This document shows, one piece after another, positions 21,715 to 34,888 of a stretch of 35,465 bases of DNA. Numbering within the stretch: the first letter of the stretch is position 1; every line of letters starts with the position of its first letter. The notes below the pieces were generated by a model. That model did not search any database and was not told the DNA's origin. It was given only the letters and a program-made list of their open reading frames with translations. This DNA is from Diploschistes diacapsis (taxonomy: Eukaryota), in assembly GCA_023645945.1 (NCBI GenBank), contig JALAIB010000073.1, positions 1 to 35,465 of the forward strand, written 5' to 3'. A program made the position numbers and the translations under genes.

Positions 21715-23686
21715 CTAGATGCTGCTATCGAGGTGAAGAGGTACGGGCACGCCGCCATCTTCTCCACTATCAGATGCAGCGTCCCACTCATCCCAGTCCT
21801 TTGTCACTGCCTCCTCGGCGCTTAGTTGAGCTTTGATGATACGCTGTTCCTTCGTTTGTGGCGATCGAACTGCTTTGGCCGCCAGACCCTTGATGGCGAT
21901 GCCTAATACAGCCTGCAGTGTGTATGCTGCGTCGTTTCCCTATATAGGATTAGTGTTCATATAAGAAGTAAGGGCAGCTGCCTTGACAGCCGGAAGATCA
22001 TCTAGTACTCACAGCATTATGTAAGTTCCAAGCATCAATCTCTAGGTCTTGGAGAACGGTTGCAAGGCTGGCAGGTTGCGTCTCATGTTTTAGAGCTCGA
22101 AATAGATTCGCGGTATCGAGGACCTCTATAATATTCGATACACCCTTGATGTTGAAACCTACGTTACGAAGGAATTCAATATCCGAATGAACATCGTGGC
22201 CAAGAAAGACAACATTACGAGGCGGATCCTGGTTACAAAGTTCCAAGCTGGCTGAGTCCTCGAGATGTGCAAGAATTCTAGGATTCGGTGTGAATTTGAA
22301 AAAGGAAGCCACAGTGACCGGAATGTCCTTGTTCGAGATCCATTCGCTCTGGCCGAATTCTTTCTCAAATCGGTCAGGGCAACCGGTAACGTAATGACTG
22401 TTCACATATCCCGCGTTCTCTCGAACCCGAAAGTGCCGAGCACGAACCCGATGGGCCCAGTTACTACCACCAGGCCCGGGAGCGACACCAATAATGTCCT
22501 GAGTATCGAGAGTGGAAACGCCGACTTCCGTGACGATATTGCGGCTGCCTTCGAACACCTCGATGTCTATACAAATGAAGACAACCGAGGAATCAAAAGG
22601 GTACGGAGCAGATGTTGTCGTGTCAACTTCTGGACTTCCCTCACGCTGAGCTCGTTTCCGAGCTGCTTGCATTTCTTCGTCCTCTTGGAATGTAGTGACC
22701 TGACGGAGCGCTCCGGGACTTTCAGCCTTGTTCGCTATGCGAAGACCTAGATATCGCTGAGCCCGGCGCAATTGTCTGCACCATGCTACCAAAGGTATGC
22801 ATGTCAGAGTACTAGAAAAAGTTATGGAGTTTCTGGCTACTTACCTTCCTTAGCCTCCTGCCTTTTTTTATCTTTGGCCTTCTTTGAAGGCCGCGAATGG
22901 GCCACTGAGAGAGCGTACGCCATTTCCACCTTCTTCCGAAACACCCTGGTAGCTTCATCAGCACTTTCAAGCCCTTCAGAGATTCTTTGGGCGGCAAGGG
23001 GGGTTTCTCCAGGTATATTCTTCTGCAAATCATCGAAATCGGCCTTGGATGTTGAAATTCCCAGGAACCGTGGCCGAGGAAGATCACCATCTAGGAAGCT
23101 GAGTAAGAAACCGTCCTCATTTGAGGTCATCTTGAAACTCCAGTCGAGCTCAAGTCGTTTGTTTATGACAGCTAGAAAGTCGCAGACCTCCTTGGCACGA
23201 ACAAAAACTACTGGGCTGGTGAAGCGAGTGGAAATGTAGTATCTAAAACTGACGTTAGTATGTACGGTTCGGAATGTAAAGAAAGGACACGAACAGCTTC
23301 CACCTTCTGTCCCAAAATTTTCCATTGGCGAAGAATAGGTTGCTCGCTTGCTTGAATCCCTCAGGGCTCGTGTCCTTGTACTTGTTGTGTATACGGCTGA
23401 CGGCGAGGACGGGGCAGAACTCGATGCCTGGCCTCGTGATCTCTCCGAGTAAGCGACCCCCTGCCGATAACCCGCTGGATTTCTGAGAAGGGTCTTTGGC
23501 AGATTGGCGATGACGTTTGGTATCATCATCCGAGAGGTCATCCAGTTCCCCGTTAGCATAAGCCCATCCTTCCTGAGCCGCTGTAGTAGGCTGAGAGTCT
23601 TTCTTGGATACTTGGACATCAGCTTGAAGGAAGGCTTCTTCCCCAACCAGAAACCTTAGCTTGTCCAACGGTGTGGTCTCCATCAT
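21715..23686 (-). CDS. QDE-2-interacting protein (QIP)/Gfd2-like DEDDh 3'-5' exonuclease, 4 exons
   Basis: Exons 23686-23295, 23242-22845, 22785-22013 and 21939-21715. Motifs VFICIDIE, TEVGVSTLDT, HFRVRE, GCPDRF..FGQS, FLGHDVHSDI, LDT and LHNA/GNDA, plus an N-terminal FCP...FFANGKFWDRRW segment. Confidence 0.85.
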
Positions 23687-24529
23687 CCCAGTAATTCCCG
23701 GCTGTACCGAGGACTGCGACAACGGACAGAGCATGAGAACAACGAGATCTAGAAAAGAAAGAAACGATACCTGTTTCGAGTCCGTGATCGGAGATTCACT
23801 ATGCTGATAATAAGAAACAAATAGTAAAAGAGAAAGTCGGTAATTTTATATTCAATGTCTAAAGACAAAGTATACGTATTTTGTTAAAATAGTGTTCCCA
23901 GATGTTTTGACATTGACCGACCAGCTGACTTGAAATGTTGAATTCGTTGAACTTGTAGAGAAAAAGCACCAACTTTGCTGTTGAAGACTTTGCTCGACGG
24001 CTTTGGCATACCCAAGTAAATGTACTTTATTTGCTACTACCTTAGGATCAAGTGCTTTAGCCTCTTTGGTGGCACATTAGTAATTGATATACAGTCCCAT
24101 TCATGGAACGAAGGCTCTAGACTGGTTGAAGATACCAAAGCATCCTGATATACAGGGCCCTCAAGGGAAACATGCGGTATGTCCGCGTAAGGCAGAGATA
24201 TAGATGGGAGATCAACTTGGCAAAACGTTTTTCCGAATACGTCAGAATTAAATTCACCACAACACCTCTCTTGCAGGAGCAGGAGCACTAGGATAGGTAC
24301 TTCTGGAGCGCTTGTGCAGATTCTGCCTTTAGACTTTCGATTCTGCACGTGAAGAGACCTCAGTCGCAAATCGAGGCAACTTCCAGCGAACGTTAAAGAG
24401 ACCAATCTGAACTGAGTTACGCTCTTGGGCTCTCATACTGTGTTCCAACAAGTTCGCTTCAGTACTGTGCTTGCCGATACGCCTTGGAGGTGCGCAGGAT
24501 CTTTTCAACGCGAGGATTGCAAGCCCAAC

Positions 24530-26969
24530 ATGACGGAGATGCGGGAAATGATGGGCTCTCACGTCCACGTCGACCCAGACGCGCAAGCAACCGTCACCGA
24601 TTTCATCGACTACACCGAGTATCTATCATCGGATCTGGAGCGAGCTCTGACCTTGATCGGAAAGTTGGATCGCTCGTATGAGAGCAAGACTGAACACCTA
24701 CACGAGCTGCTAGAGACCTACTGCACACTTCCGCAAGGAGACGATAAGCAAGCCAATGCCAGACAGGCGGAACAGCTGAGGGCACAGATATCACACGACC
24801 TGGACCTCACCCTTAGTGTACGGGAGGCATCCTTTGTCGAAGCTTCGCGCCTCCATGAAGACGTGCAACGACACCGTAATCGCCTTGGCAGCATTCATTC
24901 TAAGCTGCTTGCGCTACCCAAACCTCCATCTCGCGACCCCACCCCTCAGCCTGTTCAATCGCCTCAAGCTACTCGAGATGCGACAGGGGACCATCCTCGA
25001 ATCAAGCTTCGCTTGGATGCTAGTCGGGCTTCGGCGCAAGCGCAAGCGTCAAGGAGAAATGGGGTAATATCAAGCCGTCCCACGAAGCGCATCATAGTCC
25101 CTGGAGAAGTCCTTCCTCCTCCCAATCCAGATTCCCCAACCGCATCCATGTACGACGAGTCCAGTAGTACTGAGTCTTCCGAGGAAGAGCCTACACCGCC
25201 ACCGGAACCCCAACCTCGTGTTCGACCAAACAAGCCAAACACCATCAGGATTCCAAGGTTAAAGCCGCCGAAGTCACCTAAGGCTAGAAAAGAGCGTGCT
25301 CCGCGGGCTCCTGGTCAGATGGGAACCAACGTGCACAGCGCTGTTGCCGGGATATCGACAAGCAACGCGCTTATGCTGCTGTCTCCGCCACCACCTGACG
25401 TGAAGCTTGGTAGTGAGCATGCTCCATGGATGCGCTTGACAGAATATGAGATGGCCAAGCTTCGTAAGAGAATGAAGAAGAATGCTATCTGGGCTCCAAG
25501 TGATACGATGATCAGAAGGGAGCTTTCAGACGCTGGGCGAGGCCCGGATGCTTACCATCGAGCGAGGCAAATTGCTGAAGAGCAGGAAGAAGAGTTGGTC
25601 GATTGTGACGACCTGGCAAACAAGGACAAAAATCGACCTCTGCTTCCTGGCGAAATCCCCTTGGATGTTAAGACAAAGATCTTTAACAAGGGCATGTCAC
25701 TCAACGTACAAAAGAAGAAGAAAAAGGAGAAAGATCAAGCCTTGCAGGCTCAACAAGCCAAGCTTGAAGCAGCACAATCGGATATGACTCTGAACAGTCT
25801 CGGGACCAGAATCTCTACCTTGTTCACCAAGCCCCATGGCGCAGTACCTAACTACATGGCTTCACCCATCCCGCAAACGGGGGACAAGATCGTTCTGAAA
25901 TCAGCCAGGAAGCGAAAACGGGAACACAAGGAAACGGTATCACCTACCGAGGAGTCAAAGGCAAACGCTCAACTTCACTCAGAAATTATACTTGCCTCAA
26001 AGCCGGCGAGCAAGAAGCGCAAACGGGCACCTTCGAATCCCGCAGCAGCTGGACCTTCGACCGCTGCTTCGTCGACTGATCAAGCTCAAGCCTCGGCCAC
26101 TGAACACCTAGCGGTCAATGGCAATGCTCCACGTACCACTGCTACAAGCACGACTGTTCCCCTCGCCGCAGCAGCGCCCTCACCAGTTAAAGCCGCCACT
26201 CCCGCTCCACAACCCGGCTCACCATCCGGGACCCGCAGGAACAAACATGCCCACGTGTCCATTGCCACCAAGGACACCGACACCGCCGCACCTCCTCTTA
26301 TGACTGCGCCTGGGACATCCTCAAAACCGCCGTCCCGTCCCGCGTCTCGCCGCGCCTCCGCCGGTGCGCCAGCCGAACCCATCAACCGCGAACACCTTCG
26401 TCGCAAGAGCGTCACGCCCGCGCCCGCACCACTCGCTCCTACCACAGCAACCCGTCTACGGAGCCGGCGACCTGCGCCCGGACCCGTCCAAAGTTCACAC
26501 GAAGGTGGGGCGGCGGTCAGTATCGGCAAGAGGAAGAACGCGCCGAGGAAGAAGGGTGCTGTTGCGACCGCAGCTGGAGCTGCTGCGCAGAGGAAACTAG
26601 ACGATAAAGCGGCATGGGCGGGAGGCAGGAAGCTTGAGGACGAAGAGAACTTGGAGGAAGAGGCGGTCGATCCGGACGAGGAGACGTACTGTGTGTGCGG
26701 TGGAGTGAGCTTTGGGACCATGATCCTCTGCGAGAATGAAACCGTGAGTTCTTTCCTCTCCCCCCCCCCCCACCCCACATCTTTTCCCGTTTTCGAAGGA
26801 TTCGGCTGTCCGTCGTGGGGTTTGGGGGCTAATGCGGTCGTCTCCCCTGCAGTGCGAGAAGGAGTGGTTCCACCTCGAGTGCGTGGGTCTGAAGGAGCCA
26901 CCCGGGCGCAGAACGAAGTGGTGGTGTCCGGACTGCGCGAGGAGGATGGGTGTGGATCAGAGTTCGTAG
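24530..26969 (+). CDS. ING-type N-terminal helical domain + C-terminal PHD finger chromatin protein, 2 exons
   Basis: Exons 24530-26743 and 26853-26969. N-terminus [64 protein letters not shown]...WWCPDC is only complete after removing the 109-nt intron. Confidence 0.9.
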
Positions 26970-27870
26970 AGGATAGGATTTTTGCTTTGCTCGGGGTATC
27001 TGGGAGACGTGGGGCCGGCTGGCTCGGGGCACACCCCCAGGAACGACTTTCTTGAATTGCGTATGTATGCTATGTAGCAGAACATGGCCCCGCATTACAA
27101 GAGCAGGCGCCATCATGATCACACGAAGATTTATGTCGTGGTACAGTCTGTGTATGTGTGTCTCACTCATGCACAAGAGCGCCATGGCACTTCAATGAGA
27201 TTGCGCTTGTGTCCGTCGACTTCTTATTCTTACCCCATGTGTACGCTGGCTGGCGGGAGATGGGCAGAGGAATGCCCACCAGACTTGTTTGTCACAAATC
27301 CTCTCTTCTCTGCAAGTACGCAGTTATACGCGCAGCTTTGAATATTATCCCCTAGCAAGTCGTTGCTGCAACCTCGTTCGATTCGCGTGTACAGTAGTAC
27401 TATTACGAATGTGCAGTATTTTTAATTTTGAAGGCGAGATGACAGGAACTTTCTTTTCTATATTAACGTGGAACCCCCGTATTCTCTCGGATAAATCTGT
27501 ATGGGTTCCGTATCTCTCTATCTCCATCGCAGACGAAGCAGATGCTAACAACAGGAAAGAATCGAATCGAATCTACAGTGCCAAGAGCGCCAAGCATACT
27601 AAGCTGCCAACGTCAGGTTGCTTTGCTGTGGTTGGTGCATCCTGTAGGTTACAGAATTTGATGCTGTCTGATGTCTGCTTGTTAGCGAATAAGAGCGTGG
27701 ACTCTGCACTGTGCTAATAGCTGGATTGATCCGGAGGCACCACCGGCTGTGATTGGCTTTGCGTTGTGAGCATTGTGACAGGGGGTTTTAAATTAAAAAA
27801 AAGTTTGGGGTGGGCGGGAACGGTGCGCTCGTATTTATTCTTGATACCTCTTTCGCTAGAGCTTTCGTTA

Positions 27871-27910
27871 CAGTACAGTACAGTACAGTACAGTACAGTA
27901 CAGTACAGTA
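27871..27910. repeat. (CAGTA)8 pentanucleotide microsatellite
   Basis: Eight perfect copies followed by degenerate CCGTA and CATTA units. Confidence 0.95.
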
Positions 27911-29010
27911 CCGTACATTATTACTCAGTACTCTCCTGGGCGGTAAGTATACCACACAGGCTTGGTTCAGGCTCTGTATGGATGGAATTCTCACCTGTGC
28001 CTGACTAGACAGACGACTTACGGATAATTAGACTTTAGTACTACTACTAGTAGTTACAACGTAAACTATTAGCTATTAGCGAGTGAAAGAGTTGCGTGCG
28101 CTAGTTCTAGTTTTTCCGAGGTCGCTAACACTCTTTGACGGACTTTGACTGGCCATTTTCTTCTCCCTTTTTGTTGGCCTGTCTTTTTCCTCTCACTCGT
28201 GTTTCTCCACTCACAATCCGACCGCAAAGCATCCCAAGCATCGTGGAAATACCGTGCTTGATTGCTGTATTGACGGCTCTTTTAATAGCCTTCCCTCGGT
28301 CGGTGGATGTGGTTTAAAGGGAAGGAAAGGAAACAAAGCAGGACGAGAGCAATTCTTTGGACATCTTCACCTGTGGTTAACGAGTCCACCTACCAACCAC
28401 GGAAAAGCCATCCCAACCAGACACCTACCTGTGTCTATGATCAAGACACCAAGCACAGGATACATCGAATGCCAACAGCTGCATTGCGCATTCTATACGG
28501 TCCATACACCTGCCGAGTTTATTACTATAAAGCAGCCTTACAGCCCGCATCCAGTGTTCAAGAGGATGAGGTCTGAGACATCTCAGTGATGCTGTCGTGA
28601 AGAGTAAGATCGTCGTGATGATTTTCAGGAACATCCTTCTCACGGTTGCAGCACAATAGGCTTCTAAAGTCGGATCTTCGTCTGACATCCACTCATTTAC
28701 AAAACCCTCTGGAATATCGAATATTCAAGTCGTTCGAAGCTTGACTTTGACCGCCCGCGTTCTCGTCCGCTCAGCGACGAAGTTCCATATCTATCCTTTC
28801 GCCTTTCATGGGTAGACGCCCTTGAATCTACGCTCATTACTTGTCGCTCGTTACCATATTGCTTCTCTCCACTCATTCAAGCGCAAATTTTCTCAACCCG
28901 ACCTTATCAGTATTCTCATGTCCGCGACTGATCAATTTCTCTATGCCTGGAAAGCTCGGAATACCTAAACCAGTGCAATTCACCCAGAACCAAGCAGCAC
29001 GGGCTCTAGA

Positions 29011-30727
29011 ATGGTTCGTCAACTGGGTTCAGGATATGGACGGGAGAAAAGTGCAACAGCTGGACGACCAATGGTTGATCCTGCGATGCTTGCTCAAGAC
29101 CCGCTCCGTGGTGGCAATCCAATTGCAAAGGACAGTTGGGAGCCATTTGTTTCAGCTTTTTCGTCCACATCATCATTATCGTCATCAGCACCACCATCCC
29201 TCATCACGCCCCCACCTCGTCGAGAGTTGCATCGCCGGCAAATTGTAGAGGTATCTACTGATGTTGACCTTATCGTTGAAAATCGAAGTGGAAGCACGAT
29301 AGCGGAGGCGACTCTGCGAGGTGTTCCGACGGCTCCAACGGACGTCATCCTTTCCATAGGCATTCTTACTATACCAGCATTGGCCAATACGCCCCCTGTT
29401 ATCAGTCTACCAGTTGAGGACTTGAACACCAATTTAGCACCTTCACCCAGTCCGACTCCGTCACTGAGTATTCAGCTTCCCGGTTCTAGTTCGCAGGTTG
29501 TCGTCTCCTCCCCTCCCACACCTGCCCCCTCCGACACGACCTTCAGCTCGTTTCCGCTCTCCACGCAATCTCCTACTACCGCCTTCTCGAACTCGACTTC
29601 TAGTAAGCAAAGTATCCGCCTCTGTAAATTTCGCCCGACTAACAGTCGTGACAGCCATCTCATCGCTTGGATCTTCGAGCACGTTGGAACCACTTGTGAC
29701 AAACTCTACTAGTTTGTTCCATTCATCTACTTCTCAGTCAACGCTAGTGACTTCAACATCGTCGGAAGTATCTACTACAACTACATCTACGCTGCCTGCC
29801 CTATCAACAGGCTTAACAGCCACCACTACCGCCGGCGGCGGTGGCGGCGGCGGCGGCGGTGGTGGTGGATTTGGCATTGGTGGCAGTACTGCCACCTCGA
29901 CTGCACCCTTAGCCACTTCTTCTACCTCTACTGCATCTGCTTCAACCGGAACCCCAGTCTATATCCCTGTCGTTGGTGGTGTTCTCGGTGGCCTTGCTGG
30001 CTCGGCTCTTCTGCTCATAGCCGCTCTTTTCTTCTTACGTTGGTACAAACGTCGTGAGCGTGCAGCCGGACGACTTCGCGATGGAGATAACGAAAGTGCC
30101 CCACCAGGAACCTCTCACTCTGCCGCACCTATGGCCGAGAATTCAGCTGCACCCTGGGGAGCTGCTGCTCTAGCTCCACTGATGAGGCGTGTGCGACCCA
30201 ACTCTACCACCACGGCTGCCACGACCGATACCGGAACTTCGGAGCGTGGTTTTCAGAAGATCAGTGGCCGCAAGATAGAATCCGTTCTCACTAGTGGTGG
30301 CGACGGGTACGGTGGGAGAGGTCCTGGAGCTGGAAACATGTCAGGGCAGTCGTTCTATCGTGATTCATACGGCACCTACGGTGGTGGTGGATCTCAACAC
30401 TCTTCCATGGTCGTTGGGCCGGCATCGCCCCGAAAATCAGCTGCAAATTCAGATTTTGTTGATGTACCCGGTGTCGCCGGTCCCAGCACCGCCGGGAGAG
30501 CTCCCGATAAAGAAGTAGTTACAATGAGACCTGGGCCAGCGAGGCAGCCTGTGACCACGCCTGCCTTTACGCTTGGTCCGCAGCCACCAGGCGCTCAGGC
30601 TGTACCTCCCTCGAGCCATCAAGACTATACCCCCGCTCAAAGATTACGGACCCCCGACCCTATCGGACGCAGTCGACCGAGTCACGATGGCTCAAGGGGA
30701 TCAAAGTTTGCCGAAGATTTCAAGTAA
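29011..30727 (+). CDS. Ser/Thr-rich single-pass membrane protein (Mid2/Wsc-like architecture), 2 exons
   Basis: Intron 29603-29645 (GTAAGC...CTAACAG) joins the 29011 and 29498 frames. S/T-rich stretch, poly-Gly, TM VVGGVLGGLAGSALLLIAALFFL followed by RWYKRRER, and cytoplasmic SERGFQKISGRKI and SFYRDS motifs. Start codon uncertain. Confidence 0.75.
29833..29868 (+). repeat. GGN trinucleotide run encoding a Gly12 tract
   Basis: GGC/GGT repeats in frame within the membrane-protein CDS. Confidence 0.85.
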
Positions 30728-32344
30728 AGATCGCATCCCTCCCTGCACTTGGGGGGCGTCAAGTGAGGCCATCGACACTCTTCTTTTACGGCTTGCTCGT
30801 TCATTAATGTCATATTTCTCATCGATACCCGTTTCTTTCGCCTTCTGCCTGGTCCAGGGCTCTTAATGTCTTAACGCCTCCAATACCAGGGATTCCATCA
30901 GCGAAAGGATCCCTTTTCTCGCTTCTTCACTCGCTTGTTTCCATTAGCACGGCGTTCAGAGGTTACTTTCGCGGCTGGCTGCTGGAGAGTCGACCATCTC
31001 ACAATCTGCTGGGAAAACAAGCAGCTTCGATCATTCGCGAAACTTCTTCCGACGAAGGTTGGAGTCATCGACGAATCAGTCGGTGCTTTCTCATCCTGAT
31101 GGATTTTGAAATTTTTGTTGCTCATCTTGCGGGGGTGACGCGACTTGTGCTTTCTTGATATGCAGGAGGAGAGATGGTATGTAATTGTATCTGATGAATT
31201 TTGTGCAGTACTCACACGCATGGGCGCGTGCTGGATCTCTATTCTCGATGTGAGAGCATTTCTGCACTAGATCTGTGCGTGTGTAAGCACAGTGATCGGA
31301 GAGGAGGAGGACTGGGCTGCTATGTAGCCGCCTTAAAAGAGAAGAATGAAGAATCTCAAAGTATCCTGCTGACCTGCTGGCTGAGGGTTTGCAAAGTCCC
31401 TGGAAACGGCATTGGCTTTCCAATAATGGCTGGTGAAGCTAGAGAACTAGGCGGATCTTGGGCCGCTCTTATGCCCTTAGTGAATGAGTAGGATCTGTTC
31501 CTTTGTCCCCACTAAGAGGTGCGGTGCTGCCATACGCCTGGCGTCAAAGTAGATATCATACAACCTTCATTTGATGCTTGTCTAACTGTTTGTGAGATTC
31601 CATATTGTCCCATGCTCAATGTCATCTTCAAAACTGTTTGGTTTCTAGTATTACCCCCTTGCTGAGGGCGCTCATCTCCTCGGAGAGATGAGGAGAAACT
31701 TCTTCATCACTAAATGCCAAGGTTTTGAAAATGCTTGAAACCAAATGCCCCCTGAAAAGGTGCTATTTAACCCTATAGCGGTTGATCAGAGCAGATCTGA
31801 CTTGGGCAATTCCGCTCAGCGGAGTATATAGGTCTCCAGAGCTTGGTCCAAACCATCAGACAACGATCCTTGATCTTGTACCTGGCGAACAACAACTATC
31901 CGCTGGAACTCAAAAACCTATGTAACTGAGAAGAAGCTTCATGACGGGATGATCGTCTGGCTTCAGCTCAGGGTAAGGCGAACTTGTGCATTTGAAAGGC
32001 TCACAAGTCGCTGAAGTAGCTAGGAGAAATTTTTGTCAGAAACGAGCTTGGGCTTCTGGGAATTTTTTGCACCTACGAGCTGGATTGTATGTGAGGATTC
32101 TTTACTGTCGAGATCTGTGATCTTTCACATCTTCTTCTTTCAATCTGACTCACTGGATGTGGCCACCAAGGATCTAAAATTGCTTCTTATCGCCCCCTGC
32201 GGAGTCCTTCAGCATCCGGAAGCTTCCGCCAAGGTCCACGGTATAAAAAGGTTGTTACTTCGCGAGCACTTCAACCCATCTCATCTGCAACTTTTTGTAT
32301 TGACTTCTCGAGCTTGGGATTATCCAGTCGAAGCGTGGCCCTCT

Positions 32345-34752
32345 ATGGCGCCAATCAACGTGATAGATCAGCTCACTGAAGGCGGGGGGCGCGATCCCGA
32401 GCAGGTGAACCTCGACGTGGTGCATCGCCGTCTGACTATCAACTCGTCCACAGGCCTAGAGGATATGGATTCGCCGTTCCTCGAGTCGTCTGATCAGGTG
32501 AGCGAGCTCCAAGCATCACCATTCCATAATCACTAACACTTTTTGAAGGAGAGTGGTGGAGTGCGGCTGGACCACAAAAGCAGTGGCAAGTCCGCTGTGA
32601 GCAAGAAGGTCATGAAAGCACCAACTCTTAGCTATGACTGACTATCCTAACCTCATTCTGCAGGCTGAGGAGGATATCCAAGGATCCCATAAGATGGTAG
32701 AGCATGCGAACGAAGACGGTCTCATCCAGGATTTTGACACGATAGTTGTCAGCAAGGACTTGCCAACGATTGAAGAGATCAGAGCTAGAGACATGGTTGC
32801 TGACCCTGAAGATCTAGAAGGGGAAGATGACGGAGAGAGCAAGGATCTGGAAGCTCTTGCAGCAAAGTCCATAAAATTCCTTGCTAAGGCATCTGGGAAC
32901 GTGAGTATCAGTCGTCCCAGATACAAGATTTTCCGTTCCGGGGACCAGCTTCCCGAGGATGTTGTAGTAGCGCCGAAGACTAGACCGGCCTTGGACAGCA
33001 ATAACGGTCCTTACAAAGACTGGCCCATGTTCAACGATTCTGCCATGAACATTAAGAAGAACGATCCAGCCTCGTGGCCCCCGAAGAATGTGCTTCTCCA
33101 GGACTGGCATCTTTGGAAAATCTTGGAGTCGGGCATTAGCAAACCGAACCGTCATAAGTTCTGGCCTGCGGACTTCAATACTGTGGGACTGCCACATCCC
33201 AAGCGCAAACCCAAGGGTAGAGCTGCGAAAATCCAAGACCCAGAATCTCATGAATGGTTTTACGTCCTGGTAGCTTCAATAAACGGGCCATATCAGCTAC
33301 ACGGCGATGAAGGGGGATCAGAGCCATATACCTTTCCCAAGGATGAAGATGCTGCAAAGGATTTGAAATCATCACGTGGTTCCAAGTGCCGAATCCAAAT
33401 TGACTACATTCCTTCAGACACCGAGTTGCTGCACGGTGTAAAGGTTTCTCGTTATTCTCTGAATCAGGTTCCAGCTTCCGTTGTTGTTGCAACCCCTAAA
33501 CGAAGAAAGTCAAACCAGGGGGCGAGCGAGACCGCAGAAGATGGCTTAGTGGCCAAGGCTAAAAAGCAAACCAATGCTCCTAGCAAGAAAAGACTGTCGG
33601 CAAGCGCAAGCAAAGATAAGAATACAAAAGGTAAGTAATAATCAAGTCCGCGCTCCCCCGTTCACGTTAATGGCAGTTCGCTGACCCGGATGTTACTTGA
33701 AAGCACCTTTCAACCAAACTCCGACCAAACCTCAAGCAAATCCCAACACTCCCAAACTCGCGAAAATGGCAGATACAAAGGCAGGAGCCAAACGTGTGAG
33801 CGATACTGGTGGAAGTGAAGCTTCTAAAGTTTTGAAGACCGTGGAGGGTACTTCCGCTGGAACTCGTAAGCGGGCTGCTAAAGCGAGCGCTGGATCTGAT
33901 TCCGATGACGATGACGAGCCGTTCGTAAGAATAGCTCCGAAGCCAAGGTCCAATAACAAGCGCAGCACCTCTACCGACAGTGATAGAGTTCCTCTTCCCA
34001 ACTCTCCCGATGCAACCACCTCGTTTGTTTTGACTCTTCTGCAATCACCGCTCGAACCCCAAAATGTCGGCAAGGGTCGTTTGTCTACACCACCAGCTGC
34101 TTCTCGTTCCGAATCAGCCGTCACCCCTCTGGTTCTATCAACATCGTTATCCTCATCTGCCACAGAAACCACGACTGCCAAATCGAAGTTTCCTCCTCTC
34201 AGGATGAAAGCGCGCCGCGCCCAGATGAACGAAGCTAAAAAGCCGAGCAACAGCGCTTTCTGGGCTTCCGAGGCGGCCAACGCCTTCCACACCCTGCGCG
34301 ACGGTTCAGCATTCATCCGCGATGCTCTCAACTCAATCACGAAGGCAATCTACGAGGCAGCCAACGCCGAGGATGTCGACGAAACCGAAATGCTCCTCAG
34401 CGCAGCAATCGAACGTGCTCAACAGACGAGCGCTGACCACACCAAGTTCGTGCTAAGCGCAGGTAAAAGCATGATGTACCGCGCCAATGGGCGGAAGGCT
34501 CCGGAATATGAGAAGCTGGTCCAGTACTTGAAGCAATACAAGAAGCCCGAGATCCAAGGAACTGACGACTTCATGAAGCCTCTTGAGCTGCCCAAGGAAC
34601 GTCTGCCCGACATATCCATGTTCGAGGTCAAGGCGAAAACGGCGGCACCGCCAAGGCGACAACCTAATGCGGCAGTCCAGCAGGCCATGGAACGTCTCAA
34701 GAAAGGCGGCGACGGATCCGAGTCTCAGGAGCAGGAGGAGATCGTGGATTGA
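32345..34752 (+). CDS. Hypothetical protein, ~738 aa, 4 exons, no recognisable domain
   Basis: Exons 32345-32497, 32549-32596, 32664-33630 and 33704-34752. The introns have GTGAGC/GTAAGT donors and CTAAC/CTGAC branch sites, and their phases join three track ORFs in frame. Confidence 0.65.
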
Positions 34753-34888
34753 GCTTTCGAGGTATGTCGGTGTCCAGCTCCCTCGCTTTCGCCTTCTGAC
34801 AGCCGATATAGCCCTCCCGAGGATTCTATTCTCCCTCTTGCCTCAGAGGTCGATTGATGCCGAACCAGCACGGCCAGTAAACAAAAAC

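Noticed and set aside
26086..26901. Long antisense ORFs (also 323-625, 20493-21035, 33732-34340)
   Set aside because: Shadow frames of GC-rich coding sequence on real genes.
26744..27055. Track ORF reading through to 27055 (876 aa)
   Set aside because: Read-through of a canonical 109-nt intron; splicing restores the PHD finger and ends at 26969.
27766..28008. ORFs with QYSTV/YCTVL repeats
   Set aside because: Artefact of the (CAGTA)n microsatellite.
31627..31745. Short inverted repeats (CTCATCTC/GAGATGAG, TTTGGTTTC/GAAACCAAA, TTCAAAAC/GTTTTGAA)
   Set aside because: Only 8-9 bp, not consistently nested, no target-site duplication; compatible with chance.
31746..32344. Possible additional upstream coding exons for the orphan gene
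   Set aside because: Intron-like signals exist, but the splice combinations tried hit stop codons; at most UTR introns.
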